Shown here piece after piece: positions 38,491-51,448 of a stretch of DNA of 64,000 nucleotides. The position numbers and the translations under genes are program-made. Position 1 is the stretch's first letter. Every line of letters starts with the position of its first letter. Where the stretch lies: assembly GCA_024679065.1 (NCBI GenBank), contig JAGIQG010000008.1, forward strand, positions 83,204,001 through 83,268,000, given 5' to 3'. The notes beneath the pieces were generated by a model that saw only the letters and a program-made list of their open reading frames with translations, searched no databases and was not told the DNA's origin. This DNA comes from Sphyrna mokarran. Taxonomy: Eukaryota.

Positions 38491-40029
38491 TAACTGAAAT
38501 TGGCAGCTAAACATGAGTCACTATCAATATGGCTCTTCAGGAGATGGTCAGATTCAAATTTCACATCAACAAGGTGTGAAAGACTAAATGTGCATGAATT
38601 CATAATTAGGCACTTCTGATTAATGACAAAATTCAGTTTTCTCTATCTTTAATGGTGTACTAAGGGATCGGTCAGTGGTTCATTTTACATTAATTTTCTC
38701 CCATGTCCACAAAAACTGAAGAGCATCAAACAAACTTTATAGTTTTAAAATAAATATAAACTTATCTCTACTTTTCATTTCCTTTAATCTCCAAGCACCA
38801 ACCTGTTCATTGGAAAAAGGCAGCAATTCTCTCAGATCTTTGCCAGTAGGTTGGTTCATTATATCATTAGGGCAAATGTGTTGCCTCTGCATGACATCTT
38901 TGCATCCAATTTTTCTTTTCTAATTACTTTCAGCATTGACTTCCAGAAGGCAGCAACTCGTGATTGATCACAGTTCCCCAGATAACAGCAATGCACTGTC
39001 ATCTCATCCATTTTGCATGTGAGATATATATAGTGAATGTAAGTATCTATTTTAATACATAAAGCATTACAGCCACTTTCCACCCCCCCCCACCCATTAT
39101 CCAAATATACTATCCAATAGGCATCACTGAATCAGGAACGACAGTCTTGGCTGATTTTTCTGCTCCTTTCCTCTGAAACTGACTGCAACATGTGTACTGC
39201 TATTGCAGCTAAACAAGCAGAAACCAGATTTGCTCTTAGGATACTGTGGCATATGCAACTCTGTACCTGCTCAGCAAGTGCTTTATAAATTTGTCCTAGT
39301 GGATTATAATAATTCAATGTGAAATACACATTAAAGGATACAGATATGAAATACAATTATATATAATTTATCTTATTTTTTGGGATAGATTAAGTGATTA
39401 ATGTTTATTCTTCAGCTTTTGCTGACTTTGGCTATACCGAGGATTAACTGACAGCACATTTTGCATTATTGAACAATGGAGTCAATATCCAACAATCAAT
39501 GATTGTAATTACTCCAGGTTTATCACACAAAGTGCTGCTGTTTGTTCTCAAGCAATCGCTTGGTGGAATTTTGTGGGGAAGCTGAAGAAACACTGTTGTA
39601 TTGGTCTCTTTGGACTAGTAAAAGTAGAGTCATTGTTTATTGTGCTGCATGTTTTTCTTCCCATTAAAGACCTTGATTCTTCAATGAATAATTTGATCTC
39701 AAGTCAACAATGCTGGGATTGGCTTCAAGAGCTTGGACTGAAAGTGGGATTGAGGCATGGTGATTGGGGAAAGCAGATATTTAATTCTTACCCAGGTTGC
39801 TACCATATTCAATTCCTGCACAGATGGGAGCAGTAGAGAACTGAATAAAGACCATTTCTGTGCTGAATGTACTACTTATGCTCCCTGAAGAATAGTCACA
39901 TGGACAATATACTGTAGGACACCTGGCTCCCAAGTAACTACCTCAATGACAAAGAGGAACCTTATTAAGAAGGAAAAAAAGTTCAATGATTCTTGAGTTT
40001 CTACTCTCCTTCAACACATGCTGAGTACT

Positions 40030-41010
40030 ATTGGAACAGGAAAACAGGCGAGGGAATTCCATTCACCCAACCTTAGTTCATTGATTCAGAGGAACTTCAC
40101 AATCCCCTTTCTATAGCTTCTTAAGAGCATTTGGGGCTTTCACTTCTATCATGTCAAAAATCAATTCAAATGTTCATCATTCTGTGTGAAAAACTTATTG
40201 ATTCCAGTCTTAAAGTTAACATTTAATAGTTAAACCCATATCCCTTTCTATGCGAATTCATTTTTCTCCTTTTTATTTCACATTTTAAGTATTACATACA
40301 TTGTGTCCATTGAAACAAGCCAAACACAATGGATCATTATGCATGCTTAATAACACTGAAATTGCAGGATCTGAAGATTGTTCTGCAACTACTGGTACAG
40401 TTGAAAGTGATTGCATTAACATACAATCAAATGGTGTCTCAAAAATATCTCAAAATATTTCACATACAGTTAATTAGATTGGTGTGCATTATCTGTTAGC
40501 ACATATACAGTAGACCACAGTTGAGAAAATCCTACAAATACCAATTAGAAGAATATTATTGCCTCTTGTAAAAGGAATACTGGTCCCATTTAGTTCCTGA
40601 AATGATGTTAAAAGATCTCTAACATGGACTGACCACTGGAAGAGGCAGATGGGACCTCTGTTTACTATGAAATCATTGAATTATACAGCCATTCATCCCA
40701 GAATCTGCACAAACTTAATCCAGCTAGACCCTGCTTCTTCCCCATCCAGCTGCATTTTTACCTCCTTCAAACATTTATCCAATTCACTTTTGAAAGCTCC
40801 AATAGAGTCTACATCCTCCATTTTGCAAGGCAGTGCATTCCAGATCTGTTACATTTTTCTCATATCACTTTTGAGCACCTTGTTGGGAAAAATCACTGAC
40901 AGTGTAACATTCTCTACTATTTCATGGAGATGTCAGACTGCATTAGGTATTCTCGTCCTGAGGCTTGAATGCAAGCTCATTGACCTGGTGGAGAAAACGA
41001 ACACCAACCA
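40030..41010 (-). mobile_element. Cluster of degraded CR1 3' ends (about 40030-40250, 40665-40850) and a DeuSINE head (about 40870-41010)
   Basis: acatttatccaattcacttttgaaag..aggcagtgcattccagatc (CR1); tgacagtgtaacattctc..tgtcagact..gcttgaatgca (Deu). Confidence 0.55.
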
Positions 41011-41408
41011 TCTAGAAAAGCATAAGCAATAGAGTGAAAGCAGTGATGGAAAGCAATTAAATATGAAATATCAATATGGCATGACTAAACACTGCTTAAG
41101 ACAAGTGAATGAAATTGAATTTCTAGTGCTATCGTACAGACGATTTGCCCTTAGGGTCAGCATCAGTATTGAAAGAAATTTGCACAAATTAAATTTTGAT
41201 TACACATGAGATATGGGTTGTCAATAACCAGTTCAAGTTCCTTTTCCATTTAACTTTAAGTACTGACCACCACCATAAAAGATTTGCGAGCTTATAGGTA
41301 ATCCCCAAATATCTTCAGGTCAACGCAGGGACTTCTGCTTTTGAAAGGAATACACATTTTCCAAAGCAAAATGCTGAATTGATTCATTTTATGGCATTTA
41401 AACACTTG

Positions 41409-42765
41409 GGACCTGATTTTACCATTTATCGCGCCCAGTGGTAAAGTCGGGTGTGAGGCCATTAACACATCCGCGCAGATTGCCACTTGACTGAAACCCA
41501 GGAATGGCAGCGATTTGATTCGCGTCCAAAAAGGACACAACAGCGATTTAAATGCATTTGATACATTTGAATTGAATTAATGAACTGCCCACCCAAATTT
41601 ATCAGCACTTCCCCCTTTACCAATGTGTTTGCCAATCCAGAACTGCGTCATAATAGACCTGCTAAATAAAAGTCTGAAGCGGGCACTCCAGCTGTTGAAG
41701 AGTGTGTTCAGTGCTTCCAACAGGTCTCTGACTCAGATCAGTGGTGGGGGGGGGAGGAGAGAGGCGGGTCAGATCATTCTCTGGTTGGGAGGGGGTGGTA
41801 GGGGGGGATTGAGACCAGGTTGTTGTCTGGTTGGGAGGTGGGGGGGGAACGTAGAGGAGGAAGAGGCATCAGATGTATCTCTGGTGGTGGTGGTGGGGGT
41901 GGGGGGGAGAGGTCTGATTGTTGTCTGGTGGCAGGGAGGCGGGAGGAAGAGGAGGGGGGTCAGAGTGCCTCTTGGGAGGGGAGAGGGGCTAACATTTCGG
42001 TGAATGAGGCCAGACCTCTGGGGATTGGGGGGGTGGGGGTGGAGGGCAGTGAGGCCACAATTTTGTTAGAGCGGAGGAGGGGGGTTGTTGGGGGTGGTGG
42101 GGGAAGGCTAGAGGCAGAGGAGTCTGCTGCCACTCTGCAGGCGATCGTGGGGCAGGCGGTGATTGGGTGGGTAGTGGGGGGAGGATGATAAGGAGATAAT
42201 GATGTCTGAGAGTAGTGGGGGGTGCATAAAGAAGACAATGATTTGTATAGGTAGTGGGGGAAATGGATAAGGAGGACAGTGATGTCTGTGAGCAGTGGGG
42301 GATGGATAAGGGGGACAGTGATGTGCGTGGGTAGTGGGGGGGTGGACAAGGAGGACAGTGATGTGCGTGGATAGTGGGAGGGTGGACAAGGAGGACAGTG
42401 ATGTGCGTGGGTAGTGGGGGGGTGGACAAGAAGGACAGTGATGTGTGTGGGTAGTGGGAGTTTGGACAATGGGGACAGTGATATCCGTGAGGGCCATCAC
42501 TCCAGTTTGTTGTTCCCAGGCTGCTTTCTCCGCTTTCTGTGGCCCAGGAGCGATCTGACACAGGTGCGCTTCTTCAAATTTTTTTCCGACTGCACATACG
42601 CAGTTCAGAGGTCTGATTGTTTTGGCCGTGCTAAGCCCCGCACACAGTGCAGAGGAGACTGGAGATGTTTTTTTCAGGCTGAATGCATATGGGGGTGTCT
42701 GAAATCAGATTTCCAAGTTGGATCTGCAGATTCAGCACTTAGAATGAAAATGGCAAAATCGGCTC
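41409..42765. mobile_element. Complete non-autonomous Harbinger/PIF-like DNA transposon (about 1.36 kb)
   Basis: TIRs GGACCTGATTTTACCATTT and revcomp GAGCCGATTTTGCCATTTT; 3-bp TTG on both sides (41406-41408, 42766-42768). No transposase ORF. Confidence 0.75.
42169..42488 (+). repeat. G-rich minisatellite, 8 units of about 40 bp
   Basis: Consensus GGGTAGTGGGGGGGTGGACAAGGAGGACAGTGATGTGCGT; units abut directly with no spacers. Confidence 0.9.
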
Positions 42766-43039
42766 TTGGTTGCAACTTAAAAAGTTGCGTGGAAAGAATG
42801 AAATGTTCTGTATTTGAGAAATATACTTCTTTTGCCAAAAATTAAGTAATATCTATATATCAGGCATCAACAAAGGCGATCACGAAGTAGAAACATTCTG
42901 AACAGTACACGTGAGAAAGCTTACCATGTTCCATGTATCAGCATGGGATAGGAGAGTGAGGTAGTGAAGATTAGAAGCATGAGGGCAAATTGGAAGCAAC
43001 CATATTGGCACAAAATGGATAAACCATCCTCTTATGGCC

Positions 43040-44420
43040 ATTTATGGGGGACTTCAATATACAAGTGAATTGGGAAAATCAGGTAGGTACTGAATCCCAA
43101 GAAAAGGAATTTGTGGAATATCTAAGATTTTTTTGAAGTATTTTGGAATAGGCAATTCTGGATTTGGTGATGTGTAATGTGGCAGACTTGGTCAGGGGAC
43201 TTAAGGTGAAGGAACTCTTGGGGAGCAGCGATCACAATACGGTAGAATTTACCCTGCAGTTTGAGAGGGAACAGATGAAATCAGATGTAACGTTCTTACA
43301 ATTAAATAAACGTAACTACAGAGACATGAGGGAGGAGCTGGCCAGAGTTGATTGGAAAGGGAGTGTAGCAGGGAAAACAGTGGAACAGCAATGGCAGGAG
43401 TTTTTGAGAGTTATTCAGAAAGCAGAACAGAAATTCATTCCAAGGAGGAGGATACTATACCAAAGGGAAGACGAGGCACTCATGGCTGATGAGGGAAGTC
43501 AAGGACAACATAAAAGCAAAAGAAAAAGAATACAAAGTGGCAATGATTAGTGAGAACCAAGGGATTGGGATGCTTTTAAAAGTGAGCAGAGGACAACTAA
43601 AAAAGCAATAAGGGGAGAGAAAATGAAATATGAGTGTAAGCTAGCTAGTAATATAAAAGAAGACAGCAAGAGTTTTTTTTCAATATATAAAAGGTAAAAG
43701 AGAGACAAAATTAGCTGTTGGACCACTAGAAAGTAATAATAGGAAATAAAGCAATGGCAGAGGAACTGAATAGTTATTTTGCATCAGCCTTCACAGTGGA
43801 AGACACCAGTGGGATGCCAGAGCTCCAGGAGAATCAGGGGGCACAGATGAGTGTAGTGGCCATTACTGAGGAGGAGGTCTGGGGAAATTAAAAAGGTCTA
43901 AAGGTGGATAAATCACCTGGATCAGATGGACTACATCCCAAGGTTCTAAAAGAGACAGCTGAAGCAACTGTGGAGGCATAAGTGTTGATCATTCAGGAAT
44001 CGCTAGAGGCAGGGAGAGTACCTGAGAATTAGAAAGTAGCAAATGTAACACCGCTGTTTAAGAAGAGAGGGAGTCAGCAGATGGGAAATTATAGGCCGGT
44101 TAGCCTGACTTTGGTCACTGGCCAGATTTTAGAATTCACTATCAAAGGTGAGATCGCAGAGTACTTGGAAGTGCACGACAAAATAGAACTGAATCAGCGC
44201 AGCTTTGTCAAGGGGAGATCATGTCTGATAAATTTGTTAGTTATTTGAGGAGATAACAAAGAAGTTAGATTCTCTTAAGGTTAACGTACAGGTTCAATCA
44301 GCATTTCAGAAGGTAAATGCAGCGTTAGCATTCCTGTTGAGATAGCTAGAATACATGAGCAGAGAAGTATTTCTGAGGCTGCATAAGGCTCTGTCAGGCC
44401 CCATTTGGAATACTATGAAG
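43040..44420 (+). mobile_element. CR1 (HER1-like) ORF2 relic, EN through RT, with stops, frameshifts and an internal deletion
   Basis: MGDFNIQVNW, LDLVMCN..LGSSDHNTVEF, KSPGSDGLHP, ANVTPLFKK..GNYRPVSLT, FVKGRSCLINL; ORF 43164-43550 is part of it. Confidence 0.95.
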
Positions 44421-44429
44421 CTACATTTA

Positions 44430-45250
44430 GCACAGTCAATAAAAGAAAAGCAATCCTGACAGGGAGTTATGATAAAGTGAGAAAAAAGTTTAAAGTTGAA
44501 TCAGAAGGTTAAGTTGAAAGAACATGATAAGCGGTTGAGGTAGCTATCAGGAAGAGTCATGAAAATATGAGGTCCTCAGACATAGTTGGTTAAGATGTTG
44601 GGTTGTGAAAAGTTTAGAGTTATGCATATAGATCATGATGATCTGCAGAAGTTCATAAAGGAGAAGGTTGGGGAAAAAACAAATGAGTCTAATGAATTAA
44701 ATAGAGTACCAACAGTTACTCCAATGTAAGATGTATCTGAACTTAGTTCAGATCAGAATCAGGCAGCCATCTCTGAATTAGTGGAAATTTTAATTGAAAG
44801 TTTAGCAAAATCTGCCCTTTTTGGAGATAACTTCTCTCAGACTCAGAGCCAAATGGGTCAAGATCCTTCCTCAAGTTCTGAAAGTTTAGGGTCAGGAAAA
44901 TAGGTAATCATTGATTTCCTATTTCACAGAGGATAAGTTGGATTTGTAAATACTAGGCAGTATGGAATTTGAACTATATTTAATAGCATCCTCTTGAGGC
45001 CATTTGTGTATGTATATAGGTAGGGAAACTAGAATAAAACCAGTTTGATTGGGTATTTGAACTGCATGTGCATGCATCAGTCTATTTAGTCCTGAAAAGG
45101 TATTATGAAGTGTTATCATCTTCAGTGTGACAGATAGGAGTGGAATCAGGACAGAGTTGGGCAAAATAATTGGATTGTAGGGGAAAACACTTTGAAAGAG
45201 GAAGGACTTTTTGCAGGAAAGAAATAGGGTTAGGGGAATAAGGAAGCATA
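44430..45250 (-). mobile_element. Very degraded L2-like LINE
   Basis: Purine-rich antisense strand with tcaagatccttcctcaagtt and gtgttatcatc (DD/YADD-like on the minus strand). Confidence 0.35.
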
Positions 45251-45832
45251 ATGTACCAGGATTGAAGTCATATAAAGTGTTATTGTTGACTATAAGTATC
45301 TAATATGCAGACCAATTCTTAAAATATTTTTTGTTGATAAGATGTTTTACTCCAGTAATCAGATGTAAAAAAATAATTTCTGTTGATTTGACAGCAGGAA
45401 ATAGGACCTCAAAACTCTGGTGAGATGTCTGACGAACCTGGTACAACTTCAGTGACACAAGAAGTCCTTCTTTCGTGTTTTTAATTTTAAATCATTGGTG
45501 TGCTCATGCATCTATCTGACAGCTTAATATTTAGCTTTTTTTCCTAAAATGTCCCTCACTGTTTTTGCTGCAGGGCAAAAGTATTTTTGCAAGCATTATG
45601 AAACTTGGCACTTTCTTGAAATTTCTTCATGTAGGTCACCACCAATCTGAGAAAACAGGATAAATAACACAGTAGTGGTTGGTTGACAGATCTTGGTTTT
45701 GAAAAATCTGTAAATTTACAGAAGAGGTGAAGACAAATAAGGAGTTTCATGTCAAAATTCTGGAAAAATAATTATCCGAAGTCTTAATTTTAAATAGCAA
45801 ATAAAATCAGATGTAGTCAGACCAGACATGTC

Positions 45833-45916
45833 TCCTAACACAAGGTTAGGAAACTTGTGTTTCCTAACACAAGTTTAGGGAACTAAACTTGTTCCCTAAC
45901 AAGTTTAGGGAAACTT
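45833..45916. repeat. Compound direct/inverted micro-repeat
   Basis: Three copies of CCTAAC(AC)AAG(G/T)TTAGG, interleaved with reverse-complement pieces AAACTTGTGTT and TAAACTTGTT. Confidence 0.85.
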
Positions 45917-46214
45917 TAATTCTTGAAGATTTTTTGGCCTAGGATTCTGGCTGGAGTTTTCTGCCTTCTCGAAAGTGGGAAATACTCCAAATAAGCATGC
46001 AACTGAAAGCATGCAAAATCATTAGAATAACGCAACTCCATAAGCAAAGGTATACTTGTGTTCAAGGCTCTGGCTGGGCTCATCTTGGCTCTTATACCAG
46101 AAGCAGCCTGTCTCCTTGAATTGGGTCCTCCCCAGGATTTTAATGCCTAAATAGTCATCAAAATGGCACATGCAAGATTATTTTAACATTCCTTAACCTT
46201 GAGAAAATCAAAAG

Positions 46215-46700
46215 GTGCAGTCTAACTAATTATCCTGAGATGCTTCAAGGGAAAGTTAGCAAGCAATGTTAAACATCAAGCGAGATAGACATTTTAGACA
46301 GATGGTCAAAAACTTGGTCAAAGAAACAGCTTGAGAGAGAGAAGGAGGAAAGCAGGCAAGTAGGAAATTCTGACATATAGGATGCAGGCAACCAGAGGCA
46401 TGCCCTTCAATATTACACAATGAAATGTCACTTGAAGAACCCAAATATCATGGAATTTTTCTGGGTTGGGGAAAGTTAGAGGTAAGGAGGGCTACGGCCA
46501 GGAAGTACATTGAAAAAAAAATTAGGATTTTTAAAAGTGAGGAGTTTATCAAATGTGTCAGTGTAAGTCAGCAAGCAAAGGAGTGATTGGTGAATTGAAG
46601 TTAGCTCCAGCGAGTGTTCAAGATTATGGATGCTAGAACTTGGTAGTCTGGCCATAAATGCATTGAAAGAGTCAAGTCCGGTCACAAGGAGACATAAAAC
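46215..46700 (-). mobile_element. Degraded L2 LINE 3' region
   Basis: aaaacttggtcaaagaaacagc..taggaaattctgaca..ttagaggtaaggagg..gcattgaaagagtcaagtccggtcacaag. Confidence 0.6.
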
Positions 46701-47159
46701 TGTTTTTCTGAAGCTGCATTTTTAAAAGATGCTCTAAAGTCTTTCAAATTTTGTGTTTATGCAAGAAAAAATAGGCTGCTCATTCCACAGTCTAACTGCA
46801 TATCAATATCTGTAATGCAATTCATGCTTTTATATATTTCATCTTTGAATAAAGACTTTTCACACTGCTGCTTCCTGGCACCATTCTTCCTCCATCAGGA
46901 CAATGAGATATCCCATATTCCTAGAACTGACAAGCTGTTATCATTCTTCGTGATTACTAAAAATCTTAAGGTACCTTCATCTCTTCATTCTTGACAGTGC
47001 TGATGTCTCATTTTGGGTTTAAAAGATTAATTTTCTTTTATGTATTTTATTCAGAAAAATGCAACCCATTCTCATTTTTGTTTTGAAGTTTTTAAAAAAT
47101 TGGATTATCTTTAAACTAAATAAATTCTTATTTCTTGGGGTTAACTGAAGCAAAAACCA

Positions 47160-47410
47160 TAGCTATACCATCATGTCATTCCAGAATATCTCAAAGTACA
47201 GTGATGTAAAATACACAAGACAAGCCACAACAGTCACTTCATGTGGACAAGACCCTACAAGCATATTCAACAACTGGCTGATATCGTTGGCTGAGAGATG
47301 AATGCTGGTTATAACAAATGTACATTTCTGGCTCTTCATGCATTGTTTTGGAAATCTTTAATGGCTGTCCTATTTGTGACATCTGTATGCAAATTTACAG
47401 AATAATCACT
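47160..47410 (-). mobile_element. DeuSINE (degraded)
   Basis: atctcaaagtac..caagaccctacaag..ttggctgagagatgaatgctgg..ggaaatctttaat. Confidence 0.5.
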
Positions 47411-48789
47411 CTGTATTAATTCTTGTAATGCTGCTGGTGTACAGAACAGAACATTACTCTTGTTAATGATTTTCCTGAGATTGCACAGCTGTTTGCAGGA
47501 TTCTTGTGTAACAATGGTGGTGACACACTGTTAGGAAAGTCTTTAACAGGAGTAATTGTACTATTATGTATTGAAGTTATACTGCAGAATCCATCTGTGG
47601 ACCCAGATTTCTGAGACTCACATTTTAGGGAAAATGAGATTGAATTGTGAAAAAAGCAGTTCAATGTTTCCAAAATCTGAATTTATCCACAAAAATAATA
47701 ATGATGTTTTAATCTGTTTGATTGACAAAACTTACTTATTAACTAATAGCAATAGCAGCCCAGGGGTTTGGTATTTAATGCTGTATTACTGAGGATTATT
47801 TCAAAACAACTCTTCCCACATATGAGAAAGTTAATCCAGTGATTAAATGTGAATTGATATTTCATCAGGTGCTTTAGTGTCTGCAGCTGTCAAGCTTGCT
47901 GTTGCAGTGGCTGCAAGAATCTTTCAGTCCTGGCAGCCTGAAGGTGTGGAGAGGTCAAAGCAAAAACAGCCTGGACTAATTAGTTTATTTTAATTTATCA
48001 TCTACAATTCTGCACTGGCTAATTATAGCATGACCAGAATAGCTAAGGGAATTCGTGTTCAGTTTTAGCTGATTTTCAGCTTATTGTGGCAATAGCCCTG
48101 TTGTCAATGGAGATACAATACCTACCTAACCTGTTATCAGTTTAAACACACAGCAAAATAATTGTGTGCAAGTTACATGTATTATATATACGATTTTTAA
48201 ATATCACCAAAAACCTGAGAATGTCATTGATAAGTATACAGCATATAAGAATATAGTAAGCCTGGTCACTTCTATAAAACGTCATAAATTATTTTAAGTA
48301 TTTGGTATTGTAAGTGTTATCGAGTTCAACATTATGTTTTTGTGCAATGCAAGAGAGAATCTTTAGAAAGTTATGGATTGAAAGAAATGGAGCACTTTTC
48401 AAAATAGTAGATGTGCTTTGTTACATGGGAACTTCAAATGAATCAACTTCAGGAGGCAATAGTTTGGGTGCATGCCAAGAGAGAGTGAAGAGTACTGCAA
48501 AACTCATCAAAAGCTTGTTGCAGGTTAAACTTATAATGTCCAAGGCATATTCAAGGTTCTCCTCCATACATCAGCTCTCCCATATTTAAAATGAAAGAAC
48601 TTTCTCCAATCAGTGGAAGGGTTGACAGCTTATTTTAAAGTGAAAGCATAATAAAAATGGGAAACTCAGATTACAGACTACACCATTCTGTCCTGAAAGA
48701 GGCATGAATTTCAATGTGTATAGAATATTTTGGATACTACCTTCATTTGGACAATTGGTGTTGATTAAAGCATTATATAACATTAGAAT

Positions 48790-49140
48790 CAGCCAACCAC
48801 TACATCAAGATGATTGGCACAAGAAAAGCACAAATTCTTTCTGGTATTAAAGGTAGTTATCTGCCATACTCATGTTGAAGAAACCTTTGAGAGCTCAACG
48901 ACAGGTTCGTTTTGCCTGTAAGATGGGTGGATCAAATGTTCAAATATGCTTGTGATGGAGCAACAGAGATATTAACAGCTAATGCTGAAGTGCTGCATCT
49001 CCAACTGCTGAAACAGTTATCTCATGGCACACTTGAGCGTTCATTTTTACACTGAAGTCAACACCTCCAATAAACACCAATGTTCAGTGTTCTACAAAGC
49101 AGGTCACAAACACAAATGCCAGATGTTCCTTTCTTGTCCT
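48790..49140 (+). mobile_element. Possible Gypsy RNase H remnant
   Basis: ACDG.. resembles CDAS; HQCSVFYKAGHKH..ADV resembles Y.I.YK.G..H.NAD. Confidence 0.4.
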
Positions 49141-49299
49141 AAGAGATTTATACAAAGTCTGAGATACTCGGGCAGCAAATTTCAACACACCAGTAGGTAG
49201 GTTCAAGATTTTAAGTTTCATCCATCATAATATTAAATATTTTTGTATCAGATTTGGCAACAGTAATGGATAAAATTTGATTCCAGATTTAACTACACC

Positions 49300-50780
49300 A
49301 TAATCCCCCCAAACATCAAGTCATTGTTTCCAGGACTGTCATTGACTTCACAATCTTAGAGAATTTTTTTTCACATTTTCCAACCTCAGTTCTCAACAAC
49401 CCACTTCTACCTCCTTTGCAGGATATATAAGAGAAGGACTAACCTGATTTAGCCATTGTTTCAACCTGTTTCCATATCACTTAACTATCTTCCTGTTTCA
49501 ATTCTATTTTTACTTCTCTTGTTCACTCTCCTCCCACTTATATCCATAGCTCTTCCAATGTCTCCCATCACTAACAAACAGTTTATTTCCTGGCCCAATG
49601 GGCTTCCTTTCACCAACAGTCATCAGGTCCCTCTATGCCTTTATATCCCAGCAAAATAGTCTGAGAACTTCTCCAGCCTCCCATTTCTTCTTTAAACAGA
49701 GGCCATATGCTTCCCATCACCATTACTTCCTCTGTCTGACTGTACTTATTCTTACAGTGAACAACTTTTCCTTTAACTTCACTCAACTCCTTCTAGAGGT
49801 GTTTCAATGGGTTCCTGCCTTTTTATGGGATATAGGAATTATTCTTTGCTCCATTCCTACTCAGGCCCTTCCCTTACCTCCTTCTCTGGTACACTGATGA
49901 CTGCTATCAGTCACCCTAAACTTGAAAATTTAATCTCACTTCCAATTTCCAACATTTTTTTCACCTACTCATAGGAATCCATCTCCAACTTTTCTCTTTA
50001 CTTCTTTGAATCCTCGGTCTACATTTTTGGGAACAGCAATAGGTCATCAACAATATTCAGTATAAATTGTCCAACTCCTGCAGCTGCCTCAACTACATTT
50101 CCTCCCACCTCACCTCCTATAAGGTCTATATTGCTCTCCTCCAAGTTTCTCAATAGCTGTAACATGTCCAAATGATGCAAACCTCCATATCAGTTCTTCC
50201 GGTAAGCTTTCCTTTTCTTCGCTGAAGATTCCCCCACAACACTGTTGACCAGTCTTCAACCACATCAACTCTATTTTCTGCACTTCTGCTATAATCCCTT
50301 CTCCTCCCTTCAAGATTTCTCCTCCCTTCAAGCAGTGCCAACCACTGTGCCACCATGCCACTCACCATGGAATTTATTTAGATTTTTTTTCCCTGGCTTG
50401 CTCTTTTCATTGGTCTTGTTTCTCTCTTATATCCTTGACTATGCTTTTGTAGGGCAACTATTCAGGACTCTGCCTTTCACATATCCTTTGACACATCTTT
50501 AATTTCTTTACATGCCCTATTAACATTTTCTTGGACTTTTACTATGGAACCCTTTATCATTTAATCCCACCTTCCCTCCATCCTATCATATACCTACTCT
50601 TTTCTTCTTTTTCTGACCTTCCCCCCTTTTCTTTTGTTCAGAAATTACATTTTAACTTATTCCAGTTCTGATCAAAGTCACAGACCTGAAACATTTCTCC
50701 CTCCTCAAGTACAGTTCCGAGTATTTTATTTTCCAATTGTATTTGAATTTCCAGCATCCACAGTATGTTGTTTTTGCAAC
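49300..50780 (+). mobile_element. Penelope-like element: RT relic plus 3' terminal repeat with decayed hammerhead; 28-bp V-SINE head nested at 50333-50360 (-)
   Basis: IRSLYAFISQQNSLR and LCLTVLILTVNNFSFNFTQ match PLE RT motifs SLYTSIPH and LVLTLNNFSF. Terminus TTCTGATCAAAGTCACAGACCTGAAAC..ttccagcatccacagtat. Confidence 0.75.
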
Positions 50781-51448
50781 CGGGTTTATCTTGTCTGGAC
50801 ATAGTATATTGCACAATTATCAAAAAACTGTAAACCATGATCTGATCCTTTCCCCAAGCTAAAATTTGGTAAATAACCCAACAAGCAGAGATTAATTTAC
50901 ACAGTGAACTCTGAAAACAGCTCTTCTCTCAAATTTACAGGCTCATAAAACCAGCATTTCCATCTTCAAAGTAAAATCTATTCAGAAAGTGTGTGAGAGC
51001 TTAGAAACTGCTGCACTGAGGCAACATATTGATGAGATGTTATTTATAACTACAATTCCAGTCTATTTTATGAAGTAGTAAAAAGAAAGCTGCTCATGTG
51101 AAATGAGTTTCAACAGTGACAATCAAGTTCCCAGTACGAATGGGGTCAAAGTTCAAATTTGCCTCCAATTTGGCACATAATTGCTGATCTTATTCAGAAA
51201 TCTCACTTGATGTCTGGAATACAAAAACTTCAAACTGCTACAGAAGTGATTCCCTTCCCAAATTGCAACTAAGACTTAATATGTCGACAGATTTAAGAAC
51301 TTTATTCTGTATGTAAGAGAAATCTACTCTCTATCTGAATTATGATTCCATGATCATCAGCAGTTTTCTGATGATTGGCCTATTTGTTGTTGGCAGATTA
51401 CCTCAGATTACAGAATATCTCAGCTGAGCTTATAGTTGTTCAGAATAT

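Noticed and set aside
42169-42488. Regular 40-bp array resembling a CRISPR
   Set aside because: The units are contiguous with no unique spacers, there are no cas genes, and the context is eukaryotic; it is a minisatellite inside a DNA transposon.
41623-42845. Longest ORFs in the track (122-190 aa, Pro/His/Gly-rich)
   Set aside because: They arise from the stop-poor G-rich repeat and are open in several frames on both strands.
43164-43550. 128-aa ORF with endonuclease motif SDH
   Set aside because: A fragment of a dead CR1 ORF2 with surrounding stops and frameshifts; no sign of domestication.
47416-47673. Ser/Pro-rich 85-aa minus-strand ORF
   Set aside because: Weak splice sites and no recognisable homology.
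51346-51375. CTGATGA in an ATCATCAG/CTGATGAT hairpin as a possible hammerhead or C/D box
   Set aside because: No downstream stem II and GAAA, and no paired box arrangement.
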